Shown: positions 16,622 to 24,620, numbered from the stretch's first letter. The stretch: 38,227 nucleotides of DNA from an uncultured Candidatus Saccharibacteria bacterium (GCA_964459795.1 CAYWOA010000002.1:1-38227), one strand, 5' to 3'. A program made the numbers and translations. Notes: generated from the sequence alone by a model not told the origin.

Positions 16622-18451
16622 TCACGCCTTCTCTGCGGTGACACGCAATATTTCTTCTATGGATGTCTGGCCGCGCAAGGCTTTGACGAGGCCGTCAATC
16701 TGCATGGTCAGCATACCATCCTGGATGGCTTGTGCCTGCAACTTCTCGCTGGTTGCGCTGGCGACGATAAGCTGTTGAATTGCGGACGTATTACGCAGCA
16801 CCTCGTAGATGCCCATACGCCCCCGGTAGCCGGTGTGATTGCAGTTGTCACAGCCATCTTCGTGTGATTTCCAGAGCCGCGCAATGTTGCTGCTGGTGGT
16901 GCTTAAGTCGCTCGTATTAGTATCTTGCTTGGCAGTTTTGCTGGTGCTCGCGGCGCCGACACCTGCTGCCAGGGCGGCTTTCTCGAGTTCGTTCAGCCTT
17001 GACATGACACCGGCCTCTTTGAGCTGGAAGACCCTATTCAACTCAGCGAGTCGAGCTTCATCAGGCTTGTACGACTCACGGCACTCGCTGCAGAGCCGTC
17101 GTACGAGCCTCTGACCAATGACGATCCGCACCGTGCTGGCGATAAGGAACGGTTCGATATTCATGTCCAGTAAACGGGGTAGGCAAGTCGCGGCGTTGTT
17201 CGTGTGGAGCGTGCTAAACACAAGGTGCCCGGTAAGCGCGGCCTGCACAGCCAGGTCGGCCGTTTCCCCATCACGCACCTCTCCCACCATGATGATATTC
17301 GGATCTTGGCGGAGGAGGGCGCGCAGGCCACTCGTAAATGTCATGCCGGCGACCGGATTAACCTGGGTCTGATTGGCGCCAACGACGCGGTACTCAACGG
17401 GGTCTTCCACGGTGCTGATATTCACCCCTGGGCTATTGAGCATACTCAGTACGCTAAAGAGGCTGGTCGATTTGCCTGACCCAGTCGGGCCCGTCACGAG
17501 GATCATGCCGTGTGGTTGCACGATGGCTTGCTGCACGGCTTCGAGCGAGTAACCCCAGTAACCGAGCTCTTCGAGTGTCGCGGGGCGGCTTGACTCGTCC
17601 AATATACGCATGACGACCTTTTCGCCGTCGACGATGGGCAGGGTAGAGACGCGGAGAGCATACACGTGGTTGCTGACGACGATTTTGAAACGACCGTCTT
17701 GTGGCGCACGGTGTTCGTCTATTTTCAGATTTGCCAAGATTTTGATACGCGAGACCAATGCCCCGAGTACCTTACGTGGCAATTTATTGACCTCGCGCAA
17801 AATCCCGTCGATACGGTAGCGCACGACCACGAAATTTTCGCGCGGCTCTATATGGACATCGCTGGCACCGTTGCGTACGCCGTAATCGATGATGAGATTG
17901 ACAGTCTGCGCAATAGGGGAGTCTTCTGCAACATCGGCTTTATCGACGACCTCGTCAGTATCGTCCTTCTCTTGGATGGCGATGACTTTCTCTATCTCGT
18001 TACCAACACTGCTACCATCTCCGTCGTACTGATCGAGGGCCGACTGTATGGTGCTCGTCGTAGCGATATGAACTCGCACAGGTTTGCCGAGCTGCTTTTG
18101 GAGAAAGCTGATGGCCGGCACATCGTCCGGATCTTCCATGGCGACAAAGATAGTACCATCTTGATCGATGTCAAAAGCGATAGCGCGGTACTGACGGGCA
18201 ATCCGTTCCGGGATGAGCTCGAGCACCTCTCTTCGCAGTTGTTGAGGGGCAAATTCAACGAATGGTACATCAATCTCCTTGGCATACAACTGGGTAAGTT
18301 CTTTCTCGTTGAGCGTGTTGGTACTCACCACGATGTCTTGGAGTGGTTTTTTCTCACTTTTTCCTTGTTTGTGGAGAGACTCGAGCTGTTCGGCGGTAAA
18401 TTTGCCGGTCGACGTCAGCAGCTTCTCCACCAAACTATCTGATACGCGCAT
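16622..18451 (-). CDS. pilB: type IV pilus assembly ATPase PilB (GspE family)
   Basis: 609 aa. N-terminal T2SSE_N-like domain, Walker A GPTGSGKST, MVGEVRD, TGHLVFSTLHTN, and a CxxC...CxxC zinc motif (CSEC...CDNC). Confidence 0.9.
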   Translation of the reverse strand: MRVSDSLVEKLLTSTGKFTAEQLESLHKQGKSEKKPLQDIVVSTNTLNEKELTQLYAKEIDVPFVEFAPQQLRREVLELIPERIARQYRAIAFDIDQDGTIFVAMEDPDDVPAISFLQKQLGKPVRVHIATTSTIQSALDQYDGDGSSVGNEIEKVIAIQEKDDTDEVVDKADVAEDSPIAQTVNLIIDYGVRNGASDVHIEPRENFVVVRYRIDGILREVNKLPRKVLGALVSRIKILANLKIDEHRAPQDGRFKIVVSNHVYALRVSTLPIVDGEKVVMRILDESSRPATLEELGYWGYSLEAVQQAIVQPHGMILVTGPTGSGKSTSLFSVLSMLNSPGVNISTVEDPVEYRVVGANQTQVNPVAGMTFTSGLRALLRQDPNIIMVGEVRDGETADLAVQAALTGHLVFSTLHTNNAATCLPRLLDMNIEPFLIASTVRIVIGQRLVRRLCSECRESYKPDEARLAELNRVFQLKEAGVMSRLNELEKAALAAGVGAASTSKTAKQDTNTSDLSTTSSNIARLWKSHEDGCDNCNHTGYRGRMGIYEVLRNTSAIQQLIVASATSEKLQAQAIQDGMLTMQIDGLVKALRGQTSIEEILRVTAEKA

Positions 18452-18513
18452 TGTGCTTCAAATTATACCTTAAAAAACCACAAGCGCCATAGTCTCCCTC
18501 CTCCGTTGTAATT

Positions 18514-18534
18514 TTGTGAGGACTGTCCTCTCAA
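18514..18534. repeat. REP-like palindrome, family 2 (TTGTGAGGAC-T-GTCCTCTCAA, one T/T mismatch)
   Basis: Inverted repeat 26 nt upstream of the second RAYT gene. Shares the inner AGGAC-N-GTCCT with family 1. Confidence 0.75.
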
Positions 18535-18559
18535 TACGTTTTGGCGTATACTTTTCGGC

Positions 18560-19171
18560 ATGCCACGGCGAAATGTTATTCGTATGGATGCGCCAGATAG
18601 TTACTACCACGTATATGCGCGCGGTAATAGTCGCAATCGAATATTTCACGACGAGCAAGACTACATTACCTTTTTAAACCTTCTCGAGCGCTATCTCTCT
18701 CCCGACGAGGCGCACAATGAATTCGGCGTTTCTTACCCCAATTTCTACAACCGCGTCGATCTGCTCGCCTATTGCCTGATGCCGAATCACTTCCATCTTT
18801 TTGTTTTTCAGCGGCAGCCAAAAGACCTAACCTCACTGATGCAAAGTGTTATGACAAGCTATAGTCGGTACTTCAACAAGAAGTACAAACGCTCTGGCCC
18901 TCTGTTTGAGTCTCGGTACCGTGCCTCGCTCATCACGGATGATGTGTATCTTGAACACATTAGCCGCTACATCCACCTCAATCCACGCGACTGGCGCACG
19001 TACGCGTACTCTAGCCTGCCGTATTATTTGCAACGCGATGAAGTGTCGTGGGTGCGGCCGCAGCGCATTATTTCTTTGTTCGAGAGCCCAGCTGCCTATG
19101 AGAACTTTGTCGCGGATTATGAAGAAAATAAGAAGATGCTTGATATTTTAAAGCAAGAACTTGCTAATTAA
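18560..19171 (+). CDS. REP-associated tyrosine transposase-like protein (paralogue of 4108-4728)
   Basis: 203 aa. YYHVYARGNSRNRIF, CLMPNHFHLFV (HUH) and ISRYIHLNPR (Tyr motif). About half of the positions are identical to the first RAYT by eye. Confidence 0.8.
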   Translation: MPRRNVIRMDAPDSYYHVYARGNSRNRIFHDEQDYITFLNLLERYLSPDEAHNEFGVSYPNFYNRVDLLAYCLMPNHFHLFVFQRQPKDLTSLMQSVMTSYSRYFNKKYKRSGPLFESRYRASLITDDVYLEHISRYIHLNPRDWRTYAYSSLPYYLQRDEVSWVRPQRIISLFESPAAYENFVADYEENKKMLDILKQELAN

Positions 19172-19189
19172 TTCTCGGTAAAAAACGTT

Positions 19190-19210
19190 TTGAGAGGACT
19201 GTCCTCTCAA
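19190..19210. repeat. REP-like perfect palindrome, family 2 (TTGAGAGGAC-T-GTCCTCTCAA)
   Basis: 10-bp arms that are exact reverse complements, 19 nt past the RAYT stop. Confidence 0.8.
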
Positions 19211-19325
19211 TATAGTTTTGAGTTTGCAATTGGGTGGAGTGGGGCGTAGTGTGGCTGTACAACATTATTTTAGGTTCAGGCCGCCGCCGAGACGGCCGTA
19301 GACGAAAGGACGACAGGTACGAGAC

Positions 19326-20360
19326 ATGGCGAAAGCAGCCGATAAAGTCGATAATACAAAAACCGAAAAACAGGAGGGCGAAGGCAAGGCAAAGGCGCTA
19401 GGTCTGGCACTCGAAACTATCGAGAAACAGTTTGGCAAAGGTTCCATAATGAAGCTCGGTGAAGCGCATGAGGCGGATGTGGAAACGACACCGACCGGTA
19501 GCCTGAGTCTAGACCTGGCCCTGGGCGGCGGTATCCCCAAGGGACGCATCGTGGAAATCTACGGCCCGGAATCGAGCGGTAAGACCACACTGACGCTGCA
19601 CGCTATCGCCGAAGTGCAGAAGCGTGGCGGCACGGCGGCCTTTATTGACGCCGAGCATGCGCTCGACCCGGCGTATGCCAAGCGTATCGGTGTGGATGTC
19701 GAAAACCTGCTGCTCAGCCAGCCGGATAATGGAGAACAAGCGCTCGAAATTACGGAGACGTTGGTGCGCAGCAACGCCGTCGACCTCATCGTGGTTGACT
19801 CGGTGGCAGCACTTGTGCCGCGGGCCGAAATAGAGGGTGACATGGGCGATAGTCACATGGGTCTGCAGGCTCGTCTCATGAGCCAAGCGCTACGTAAACT
19901 GACCGGCGTCATCAGTCGCAGCAAGACGACGGTCATTTTCATTAATCAGATTCGTATGAAGATAGGCGTTATGTTCGGCAATCCGGAGACGACCACTGGT
20001 GGCAACGCACTTAAATTCTACGCCTCGGTACGCATGGACATTCGGCGCATCAGCCAGATTAAAGCTGGTGATAGTGTCATCGGCAACCGAGCACGCGTGA
20101 AAGTGGTGAAGAATAAGATAGCGCCGCCATTCCGTGAGGCCGAGTTTGACATTATGTACAACCAAGGCATCAGTAAAGCCGGTGATATCCTTGACCTGGC
20201 CGTTACTCATGACATCGTCGAAAAAGCAGGCGCGTGGTTTGCCTATGATGGCAATAAGATTGGGCAAGGCCGCGAAGCCGCCAAGACGTACCTGGAGGAA
20301 AATCCAAAGGTTCAAGACGAAATCGCTACCAAAGTTCGCGACGCCGCCACGAAGGAATGA
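19326..20360 (+). CDS. recA: recombinase RecA
   Basis: 344 aa. [14 protein letters not shown], Walker [21 protein letters not shown]2 region [30 protein letters not shown]. Confidence 0.97.
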   Translation: MAKAADKVDNTKTEKQEGEGKAKALGLALETIEKQFGKGSIMKLGEAHEADVETTPTGSLSLDLALGGGIPKGRIVEIYGPESSGKTTLTLHAIAEVQKRGGTAAFIDAEHALDPAYAKRIGVDVENLLLSQPDNGEQALEITETLVRSNAVDLIVVDSVAALVPRAEIEGDMGDSHMGLQARLMSQALRKLTGVISRSKTTVIFINQIRMKIGVMFGNPETTTGGNALKFYASVRMDIRRISQIKAGDSVIGNRARVKVVKNKIAPPFREAEFDIMYNQGISKAGDILDLAVTHDIVEKAGAWFAYDGNKIGQGREAAKTYLEENPKVQDEIATKVRDAATKE

Positions 20361-20394
20361 GCAGACCCAGCACTAAAGTCTCTGCAAGCAGCCT

Positions 20395-21006
20395 ATGAAC
20401 ATTACGGCGATTAAGGCGCAGGTCAAGCGAGAAGGCAGGTATTCCATCTTCGTCGATGGTGAGTACAGCTTCAGCCTGAGTGCGGAGATGCTGCTGGATG
20501 CTGGGCTGACGACGGGGCAGGGGCTAACCGAGGCAGACGTTAAAAAATTCCAAAAGCTGTCGGCTGACGACAAGGCGTACGGTCTCACACTTGCCTACGT
20601 GGCGCGGCGGATGCGCAGTCGCGGTGAGCTGGTCGACTATTTACGCCGTAAAAAGTACGCGCCAGAGTTGGTGACGCAGCTACTCAATCGACTTGAGCGG
20701 GCTGGTTTCGTGGACGACGTGGAATTTGCCAGGCGCTGGGTCGAGAACCGGCGGTTGCTAAAAGCAACGAGTACAAAGCGGCTGCGGTTGGAGCTGCGCC
20801 AAAAGAAGGTGAGCGATGATATCATCCGTCAGGTGCTGGACGAAGATAAGACGGACGAACGGCACGTGCTATGTGAACTAATCAATAAAAAACGGAAACA
20901 GACCCGCTATCAAGACGAGCAGAAACTCATCGCCTACCTTGCTCGGCAGGGATTCAATTACGGCGATATCAGGTCGGCACTTTCCGACGAAAATAGCGCA
21001 GAGTAA
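20395..21006 (+). CDS. recX: recombination regulator RecX
   Basis: 203 aa of helical-repeat protein directly downstream of recA (RSRGELVDYLRRKKY..., FVDDVEFARRWVENR..., RQGFNYGDI). Confidence 0.8.
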   Translation: MNITAIKAQVKREGRYSIFVDGEYSFSLSAEMLLDAGLTTGQGLTEADVKKFQKLSADDKAYGLTLAYVARRMRSRGELVDYLRRKKYAPELVTQLLNRLERAGFVDDVEFARRWVENRRLLKATSTKRLRLELRQKKVSDDIIRQVLDEDKTDERHVLCELINKKRKQTRYQDEQKLIAYLARQGFNYGDIRSALSDENSAE

Positions 21007-21148
21007 CGTAAATCCTAAATTCCCACTGCGGTCATATGCTGCAGGAAGCGGGCAATTAGTAGTTAGTAGTTGCAGACGAAGAAACCGCTCTCTCTATGGT
21101 CGTACTCCCGTTTGCATAGGGATGGTGAGTGTCTCGTGTCTGGATAGA

Positions 21149-21682
21149 TTAGGCGGTAGCGCCGGCGCTGACAATGCCGCCGTCCAGCAAGTCATTGATG
21201 ATAATCTTTTTGTCGGTGATTTCATTGATTTGACCACGGTCAATACCCAGGCTCCCGCGTGTTAGCCCTCGAAACATACCCTGCGAAACGTAAATTTTCT
21301 GGACATACATCGTTTCGAGCTCGACCGCGTAGTCAGTCACTTTGCCAACTCGCTGTTTACTAACAGTGATAACGGGTTTATCAATGAGCTCGAACCCAAT
21401 ATTCATAATCGCCTTCAGGCGCACAAGTTCGGCCGGTTCGCTCAGTACATCGTGGTCATTGATGACGATACCCTGTGGAATAATATCTCTGATATCTTGA
21501 TATAGAAGTACGAGCTCCTGCTTGTTAAATCGGTCTATGCAATACAGCCCCTCGACCTTGAAATTATCCGGGTTGAAAATGGCAGCCCGCGTTGTTGCAA
21601 CCTGCTGCCCTGTCCGCAAACTCATCACCGGTTGTCCAATGAGGCTATCACTCAGCTTTAACATAGCCATAGTATAGCTCAA
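21149..21682 (-). CDS. tandem PRC-barrel domain protein
   Basis: 177 aa. Two repeats of the PRC-barrel pattern (LIGQPVMSLRTGQQVATTRAAIFNPDNFKVEGLY and LIDKPVITVSKQRVGKVTDYAVELETMYVQKIYV). Confidence 0.5.
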   Translation of the reverse strand: MSYTMAMLKLSDSLIGQPVMSLRTGQQVATTRAAIFNPDNFKVEGLYCIDRFNKQELVLLYQDIRDIIPQGIVINDHDVLSEPAELVRLKAIMNIGFELIDKPVITVSKQRVGKVTDYAVELETMYVQKIYVSQGMFRGLTRGSLGIDRGQINEITDKKIIINDLLDGGIVSAGATA

Positions 21683-21788
21683 TCACTCCAGGTGGGCACG
21701 AAACGTCTGTCGTTGTAAATAAGAAACATATTTTAACATGCTGCTGCTTGCGCCGGCGTTTTATCTGAAGATACACTGAAAAACATCT

Positions 21789-23156
21789 ATGAGACCGTAC
21801 CGCTTTATTACAGCTGTAATTGTTACCTTTATCATAAGCTTCGTTCCGCTTGTGGCGTGGGCCGGTGCACCGGCCACTCCGCCGCTGTTGATTCGTGAGA
21901 TCAAGATAACCGGCGACGAGTTTGTCGTCTTGCAGGCAACGACGAATATCCCTGACCTCAGTGCCTACTGGGTTGGCTACAGCAGCAATGACACGGTCAA
22001 TCCCGGTACAATCGTACCGATCCAACAACTGCCCGGTTATGCGCTGAGCACCGGGCAGGCGGTTCTCATGACGAGCGATGGTGCAGATATATGCGATGCA
22101 GTCCTGACGACAAAACTCTCTGTGTCGTTGTCTGACACGAAAGGTAGTTTCGTGGTACGGCACCTGGAAAGCAGTGGCCTGACAAGTACATTTGTGACCG
22201 TCGACAGCGTGAACTGGGCCAAGCCAAGCACCACGGGCACGACGACGGCCGCGCTTGATTTGCGCAAAGAGGCGTCGCTCGCGTACCCAGTGTGGTACCA
22301 CGATCCAACTTTCGTGAATACTTGGCGTGTCGGCGCGCTCGCTGGCTGCACATTGACGCTGGCGGCACAGAGTTCCGGGGACACCGCTCAGACAGTTGAG
22401 TGGACGAAAACCGCCATCGAACCACCAGCAGTGATCGAGGAAGGCGTCCAAGAGCTAAATAACGCGCAAGTCACGGGTAATCTCAATGTCGGCCTTGCAC
22501 CGCCGCTCATCACCGAGCTGCTGCCAAATCCACTGGGCACAGGAAACGACGGGAGTGATGAATTCATTGAGCTCTACAATTCGAATGACACAGTTTTCAC
22601 GCTGTCGGGCTTCACGCTACAAACCGGGCTTTCCACGACACACTCTTGGGTTATCCCGAGCGGTGCGACTATTCCGGCAAAAGGTTTCAAAGTCTTCTAC
22701 GCGAGTGAATCGGGACTCAGCATGAGCAATACAAGTGGTCAGGTAGCACTTTTCGATGCTACCGGCACAAAGATTGCCGAGTCCGACCCATACGATTCCG
22801 CACCCGATGGCCAGGCATGGGCACTCGCAAACGGGACGTGGTACTGGACAACCAAGATGACGCCCGGCGCAACTAATGTTATCGCAAAACCCATTGCCAA
22901 ATCTGCGACCGGTGTGAAGAAACTAACCGTTGCCAAGAAAACGGCCGTGAAGGGTGCCTCTACGAAAAAAACGGCCAAGAAAAAGGCAGCTGCTGCCAAC
23001 TCGGCCGCAACGACATTGAGCTCGGTGCCCACGGCGGTACATGTCGCGCTGCACCCGCTTGTGCTTGCGACGGCCGCCGCGGCCGCGATAGGATATGGGC
23101 TGTATGAGTACCGTCATGACATTGCGAATACATTCCGCAGATTCCGCCGACACTGA
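21789..23156 (+). CDS. secreted lamin-tail-domain (LTD) protein with a Lys-rich spacer and C-terminal TM anchor
   Basis: Signal peptide (VTFIISFVPLVAWAGAPA). LTD motif LITELLPNPLGTGNDGSDEFIELYNSNDTVFTLSGFTLQTG, plus a weaker N-terminal copy (LLIREIKITGDEFVVLQA). K/A-rich stretch, TM helix and an RRFRRH tail. Confidence 0.6.
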   Translation: MRPYRFITAVIVTFIISFVPLVAWAGAPATPPLLIREIKITGDEFVVLQATTNIPDLSAYWVGYSSNDTVNPGTIVPIQQLPGYALSTGQAVLMTSDGADICDAVLTTKLSVSLSDTKGSFVVRHLESSGLTSTFVTVDSVNWAKPSTTGTTTAALDLRKEASLAYPVWYHDPTFVNTWRVGALAGCTLTLAAQSSGDTAQTVEWTKTAIEPPAVIEEGVQELNNAQVTGNLNVGLAPPLITELLPNPLGTGNDGSDEFIELYNSNDTVFTLSGFTLQTGLSTTHSWVIPSGATIPAKGFKVFYASESGLSMSNTSGQVALFDATGTKIAESDPYDSAPDGQAWALANGTWYWTTKMTPGATNVIAKPIAKSATGVKKLTVAKKTAVKGASTKKTAKKKAAAANSAATTLSSVPTAVHVALHPLVLATAAAAAIGYGLYEYRHDIANTFRRFRRH

Positions 23157-23571
23157 GGCATTTGGTGAACGGATCGGCCGCCGCTTGCGCGGCGGCGAAA
23201 CCATCGAACTTATCAGTGACCTCGGTGGAGGCAAGACGACATTTACCCGCGGTATCGTTCGCGGGACAGGTAGCCACGATAAAGTTGCTAGCCCGACTTT
23301 TACTGTCAGCCGCGAATACAAAACGCCGAGCTTCATCATCGAACACTTTGATTTCTATCGGCTCGCTGAAGCTGGCATTATGGCTGACGAGCTCAGCGAA
23401 TTTATAGGTGATCCAGAGTCGGTGATCATTGTCGAATGGGGGGAGGTGGTGAGAGACATCCTGCCGATCGAGCGGCTGAGCGTGCAGCTTGTCTTGGTCG
23501 CCGAGGAGGGTCGTGAGATTGTGTGTACTTATCCGGAGGCTTTGGCGTACTTATTGGAGGGCGAAGCGTGA
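23095..23571 (+). CDS. tsaE: tRNA t6A37 biosynthesis protein TsaE (P-loop ATPase)
   Basis: TEAFGERIGRRLRGGETIELISDLGGGKTTFTRGIV is the TsaE/YjeE motif. The true start may be Met at 23104 or 23116. The 5' end overlaps the preceding gene. Confidence 0.8.
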   Translation: MGCMSTVMTLRIHSADSADTEAFGERIGRRLRGGETIELISDLGGGKTTFTRGIVRGTGSHDKVASPTFTVSREYKTPSFIIEHFDFYRLAEAGIMADELSEFIGDPESVIIVEWGEVVRDILPIERLSVQLVLVAEEGREIVCTYPEALAYLLEGEA

Positions 23572-23957
23572 TCTTGACCATACGAACCGATAAGCCAGCG
23601 GCCGAAGTCGGGCTCTATGACGGTGAAGTGCAGCTGGGGTATGACATTTGGGCAGCGCACCGGCAACTGGCCGAAACGATTCATTTGCGAATAAAACACC
23701 TATTAGAAAGTCAGAGGAAGAACCTGCATGATATCGAAGGTATCGTGGTTTTTGCAGGACCAGGTAGCTTTACGGGGCTGCGCATCGGGATTACGATAGC
23801 GAACGCGCTCGCCATGGGTATCGGCGTGCCAGTAGTAGGTGCACAAAGCGAAAAGTGGATTCCTCGAGGTGCTGATAAACTACGACGCGGAATGAATGAG
23901 CATCCGGTGACACCAAAGTATGGCGCCGAGGTGCACATTACCCTCCAAAAAAAATAA
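23568..23957 (+). CDS. tsaB: TsaB-like protein, short form (N-terminal ASKHA domain only)
   Basis: GTG start at 23568 overlaps the tsaE stop (GTGA). Motif VVFAGPGSFTGLRIGITIANALA. Only about 129 aa. Confidence 0.7.
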   Translation: MILTIRTDKPAAEVGLYDGEVQLGYDIWAAHRQLAETIHLRIKHLLESQRKNLHDIEGIVVFAGPGSFTGLRIGITIANALAMGIGVPVVGAQSEKWIPRGADKLRRGMNEHPVTPKYGAEVHITLQKK

Positions 23958-23984
23958 TAGCTGAGCTGATGCTCAGCTATTATT
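23953..23984. terminator. hairpin terminator after tsaB
   Basis: AATAATAGCTGAGC-tgat-GCTCAGCTATTATT, a perfect 14-bp stem that includes the tsaB stop codon. Confidence 0.5.
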
Positions 23985-24093
23985 CTGATACATTACACTG
24001 GGCATTATCACCGGTGTAAACAACTTGCGTTTGAGCAGCCGGTGGTATATATTCTGACCTAGGCTATAAACACACAAAACAAGGAAAATAGAC

Positions 24094-24407
24094 ATGAAAC
24101 GTTTCCCCCGCGTTTTTTCGAGTACGTCGGTGGCGGTTCTCGCGCTTTCGTCGCTGCTCACGCTTGGTTTCACGGGAGTCGCCAATGCCGCCACAGTTGC
24201 ATGTATGTAGACTGGCGGCGGCTCGGACAGTAATTTCAGTGCAGCAGGAGGCTAATCGGGCCGTAATAATTAATAGTGCCGCACCACCCACTAAGTGGTA
24301 CCGACGATCTTATCTTCCCCACCGACAACAGTGCGCAAACTTTTTATCTGTCAACGATCTAACGGCGGCAACACTCAAATCAATCACCAGTGCGGACACG
24401 ACTTCCC
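24094..24407 (+). pseudogene. decayed 5' fragment of a secreted surface-protein gene
   Basis: SD AAGGAAAA plus ATG 24094 gives MKRFPRVFSSTSVAVLALSSLLTLGFTGVANA|ATVACM and then TAG at 24208. Coding-like sequence continues after the stop across 2 frames (TGGGSDSNFSAAGG, AVIINSAAPPT, GTDDLIFPTDNSAQTFYLS, VNDLTAATLKSITSADTT) with stops and frameshifts, and ends at the REP hairpin. Confidence 0.45.
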
Positions 24408-24446
24408 TCTCTGCTTGCTCAAGGACAGTCCTTGAGCAAGCAGAGA
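24408..24446. repeat. REP-like perfect palindrome, family 1, with a 19-bp stem (TCTCTGCTTGCTCAAGGAC-A-GTCCTTGAGCAAGCAGAGA)
   Basis: Exact reverse-complement arms. Sits at the 3' boundary of the pseudogene fragment, just upstream of the putative rny promoter. Confidence 0.85.
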
Positions 24447-24454
24447 AGCAACGA

Positions 24455-24484
24455 TTGACGGGTGCTTGCCGGGCGGCGTATTAT
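24455..24484 (+). promoter_or_regulatory. putative sigma70-type promoter of rny (TTGACG-18 nt-TATTAT)
   Basis: Hexamers at 24455-24460 and 24479-24484. This would give a ~130-nt 5' UTR before the SD AAAGGAA and the ATG at 24621. Confidence 0.4.
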
Positions 24485-24620
24485 TGAGGTAAGGCATTCT
24501 ACGGGAGTTTTCGGGAACGCCGACTAATCAATTTATGTTTGTATTTGGGTGGTTTGGAAGTGCAGCTAGAGAAGTGAAAGCGATTGCTGCCTATGAAGCC
24601 AGCCGAACGAAAGGAATACT

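Larger units (their letters stand above)
18514..19210 (+). mobile_element. second REPtron-like unit: RAYT paralogue bracketed by family-2 REP hairpins
   Basis: Hairpins at 18514-18534 and 19190-19210 flank ORF 18560-19171. The adjacent flanks (TCAATACGTTTT / AAAACGTTTTGA) are also nearly inverted copies of each other. Confidence 0.7.

Noticed and set aside
17666-18442. 258-aa plus-strand ORF
   Set aside because: It is antisense to pilB, which has unambiguous GspE motifs on the other strand. No recognisable domains.
21648-22451. 267-aa minus-strand ORF
   Set aside because: It lies entirely antisense to the well-supported LTD surface-protein gene. It has an Arg/Cys/His-rich composition, no motifs, and no SD or operon context. 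It looks like a typical shadow ORF.
23973-24291. Minus-strand ORFs of 73 and 75 aa in the tsaB-rny gap
   Set aside because: They are short with no SD or motifs, and they overlap the plus-strand signal-peptide ORF and its decayed continuation, which gives a better explanation of the region.
4048-24446. CRISPR array formed by the recurring palindromes
   Set aside because: The copies are dispersed kilobases apart in intergenic sites, have no regular spacer architecture and no cas genes. They are REP-type elements.
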